Shown here piece after piece: positions 63,638 to 64,000 of a DNA stretch of 64,000 nucleotides. The notes beneath the pieces were generated by a model. That model saw only the letters and a program-made list of their open reading frames with translations, had not been told where the DNA came from and did not search any database. A program made the position numbers and the translations under genes. Source of the stretch: an uncultured Bacteroidales bacterium (GTDB lineage: Bacteria; Bacteroidota; Bacteroidia; Bacteroidales; B18-G4); contig CAYOLA010000031.1 in the NCBI GenBank assembly GCA_964404735.1, positions 1,958-65,957 on the forward strand, read 5' to 3'. Numbering within the stretch: the stretch's first letter is position 1; each line of letters opens with the position of its first letter.

Positions 63638-64000
63638 ATGAAAAATATCTTTCTTTTTCTTATAATGACCGGCTTAACCGCTGCCCTTGCGGCTCAGGTA
63701 GCTATTAACCATGATGGCAGTTTACCCGATGCATCATCCATGCTCGAAGTAAATAGCAACAACAAAGGCTTTCTTCCACCCCGCATGAACACCACTCAAA
63801 GAGATGCCATCGACAGTCCCGCCGAAGGACTGCTTATATATAATACCACAACGAATTGTTTGCAGTGGTTTAACGGCAGTTTGTGGTTTGACCTTTGTCA
63901 GGGCAGCGTTACGCCTGGGCCGGAATCAGATTGCAGTACTCCGGGTTTTATAGCTCCATTCCTTTCGGCTGAAGAAACGGCAGTAGTGGATGTTACCAAT
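63638..64000 (+). CDS. Secreted paralog sharing the N-terminal module of the FISUMP protein (5' part; runs off the right edge)
   Basis: My translation from ATG 63638: MKNIFLFLIMTGLTAALAAQVAINHDGSLPDASSMLEVNSNNKGFLPPRMNTTQRDAIDSPAEGLLIYNTTTNCLQWFNGSLWF... It is colinear with residues ~20-90 of 34722-35621. Absent from the ORF track because it has no stop in the window. Confidence 0.7.
   Translation, partial: MKNIFLFLIMTGLTAALAAQVAINHDGSLPDASSMLEVNSNNKGFLPPRMNTTQRDAIDSPAEGLLIYNTTTNCLQWFNGSLWFDLCQGSVTPGPESDCSTPGFIAPFLSAEETAVVDVTN

Noticed and set aside
63265-63639. Small ORFs (71 aa plus strand, 66 aa minus strand) in the AT-rich spacer between the TPR-LuxR gene and the FISUMP-type paralog.
   Set aside because: They overlap each other on opposite strands and have low-complexity, hydrophobic or Lys-rich junk composition. 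The plus-strand ORF starts inside the regulator gene.

Overview
This 64-kb chromosomal segment looks like Bacteroidota. That is an inference from T9SS C-terminal sorting domains, a GldA-like ABC ATPase, FISUMP paralogs, recurrent TAnnTTTG -7 boxes and the dcw gene order. I call about 58 densely packed protein-coding genes. I saw no rRNA, tRNA, CRISPR array, transposase/integrase or prophage signature.

Blocks:
- (i) 0-9 kb: housekeeping mix of cutC (partial), mutS2, a DsrE-like gene, acyl-CoA carboxyltransferase plus a biotin carrier, engB, and an amino-acid-lipid acyltransferase pair.
- (ii) 9.1-24.5 kb: complete dcw cluster mraZ-rsmH-ftsL-ftsI-murE-mraY-murD-ftsW-murG-murC-ftsQ-ftsA-ftsZ, preceded by three perfect tandem 10-mers that fit a MraZ operator.
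- (iii) 24.5-24.8 kb: an odd intergenic region built of 8-nt tandem units. A related inverted copy abuts a start codon at 35.8 kb.
- (iv) 25.3-28.1 kb: rplM-rpsI-rpsB-tsf.
- (v) 28-41 kb: surface and secreted accessory genes, namely a giant FG-GAP T9SS protein, gldA-like, metK, a FISUMP protein, a CPBP protease, a methyltransferase, two T9SS cargo genes and an e(P4) phosphatase.
- (vi) 41.4-43.4 kb: a solitary hutU.
- (vii) 43.6-50.7 kb: the most unusual locus. It is a tightly coupled four-gene cassette with three adenylate-forming enzymes (PaaK-like, LuxE-like, and a second PaaK-like module fused to a LuxC-type reductase) plus an RsbW-type kinase fused to a GNAT. Its 3' end overlaps the 3' end of a convergent ECF-type sigma-factor gene.
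- (viii) 50.7-64 kb: housekeeping genes (GT2, tgt, lptF/G, ispE, GH3-like, dNK, kdsB, SPOR, trmB, an ATL-type MGMT homolog lacking the catalytic Cys), then a TPR-LuxR regulator and a second FISUMP-type paralog running off the window.

All family calls come from motif recognition by eye. No database search or statistics were run.
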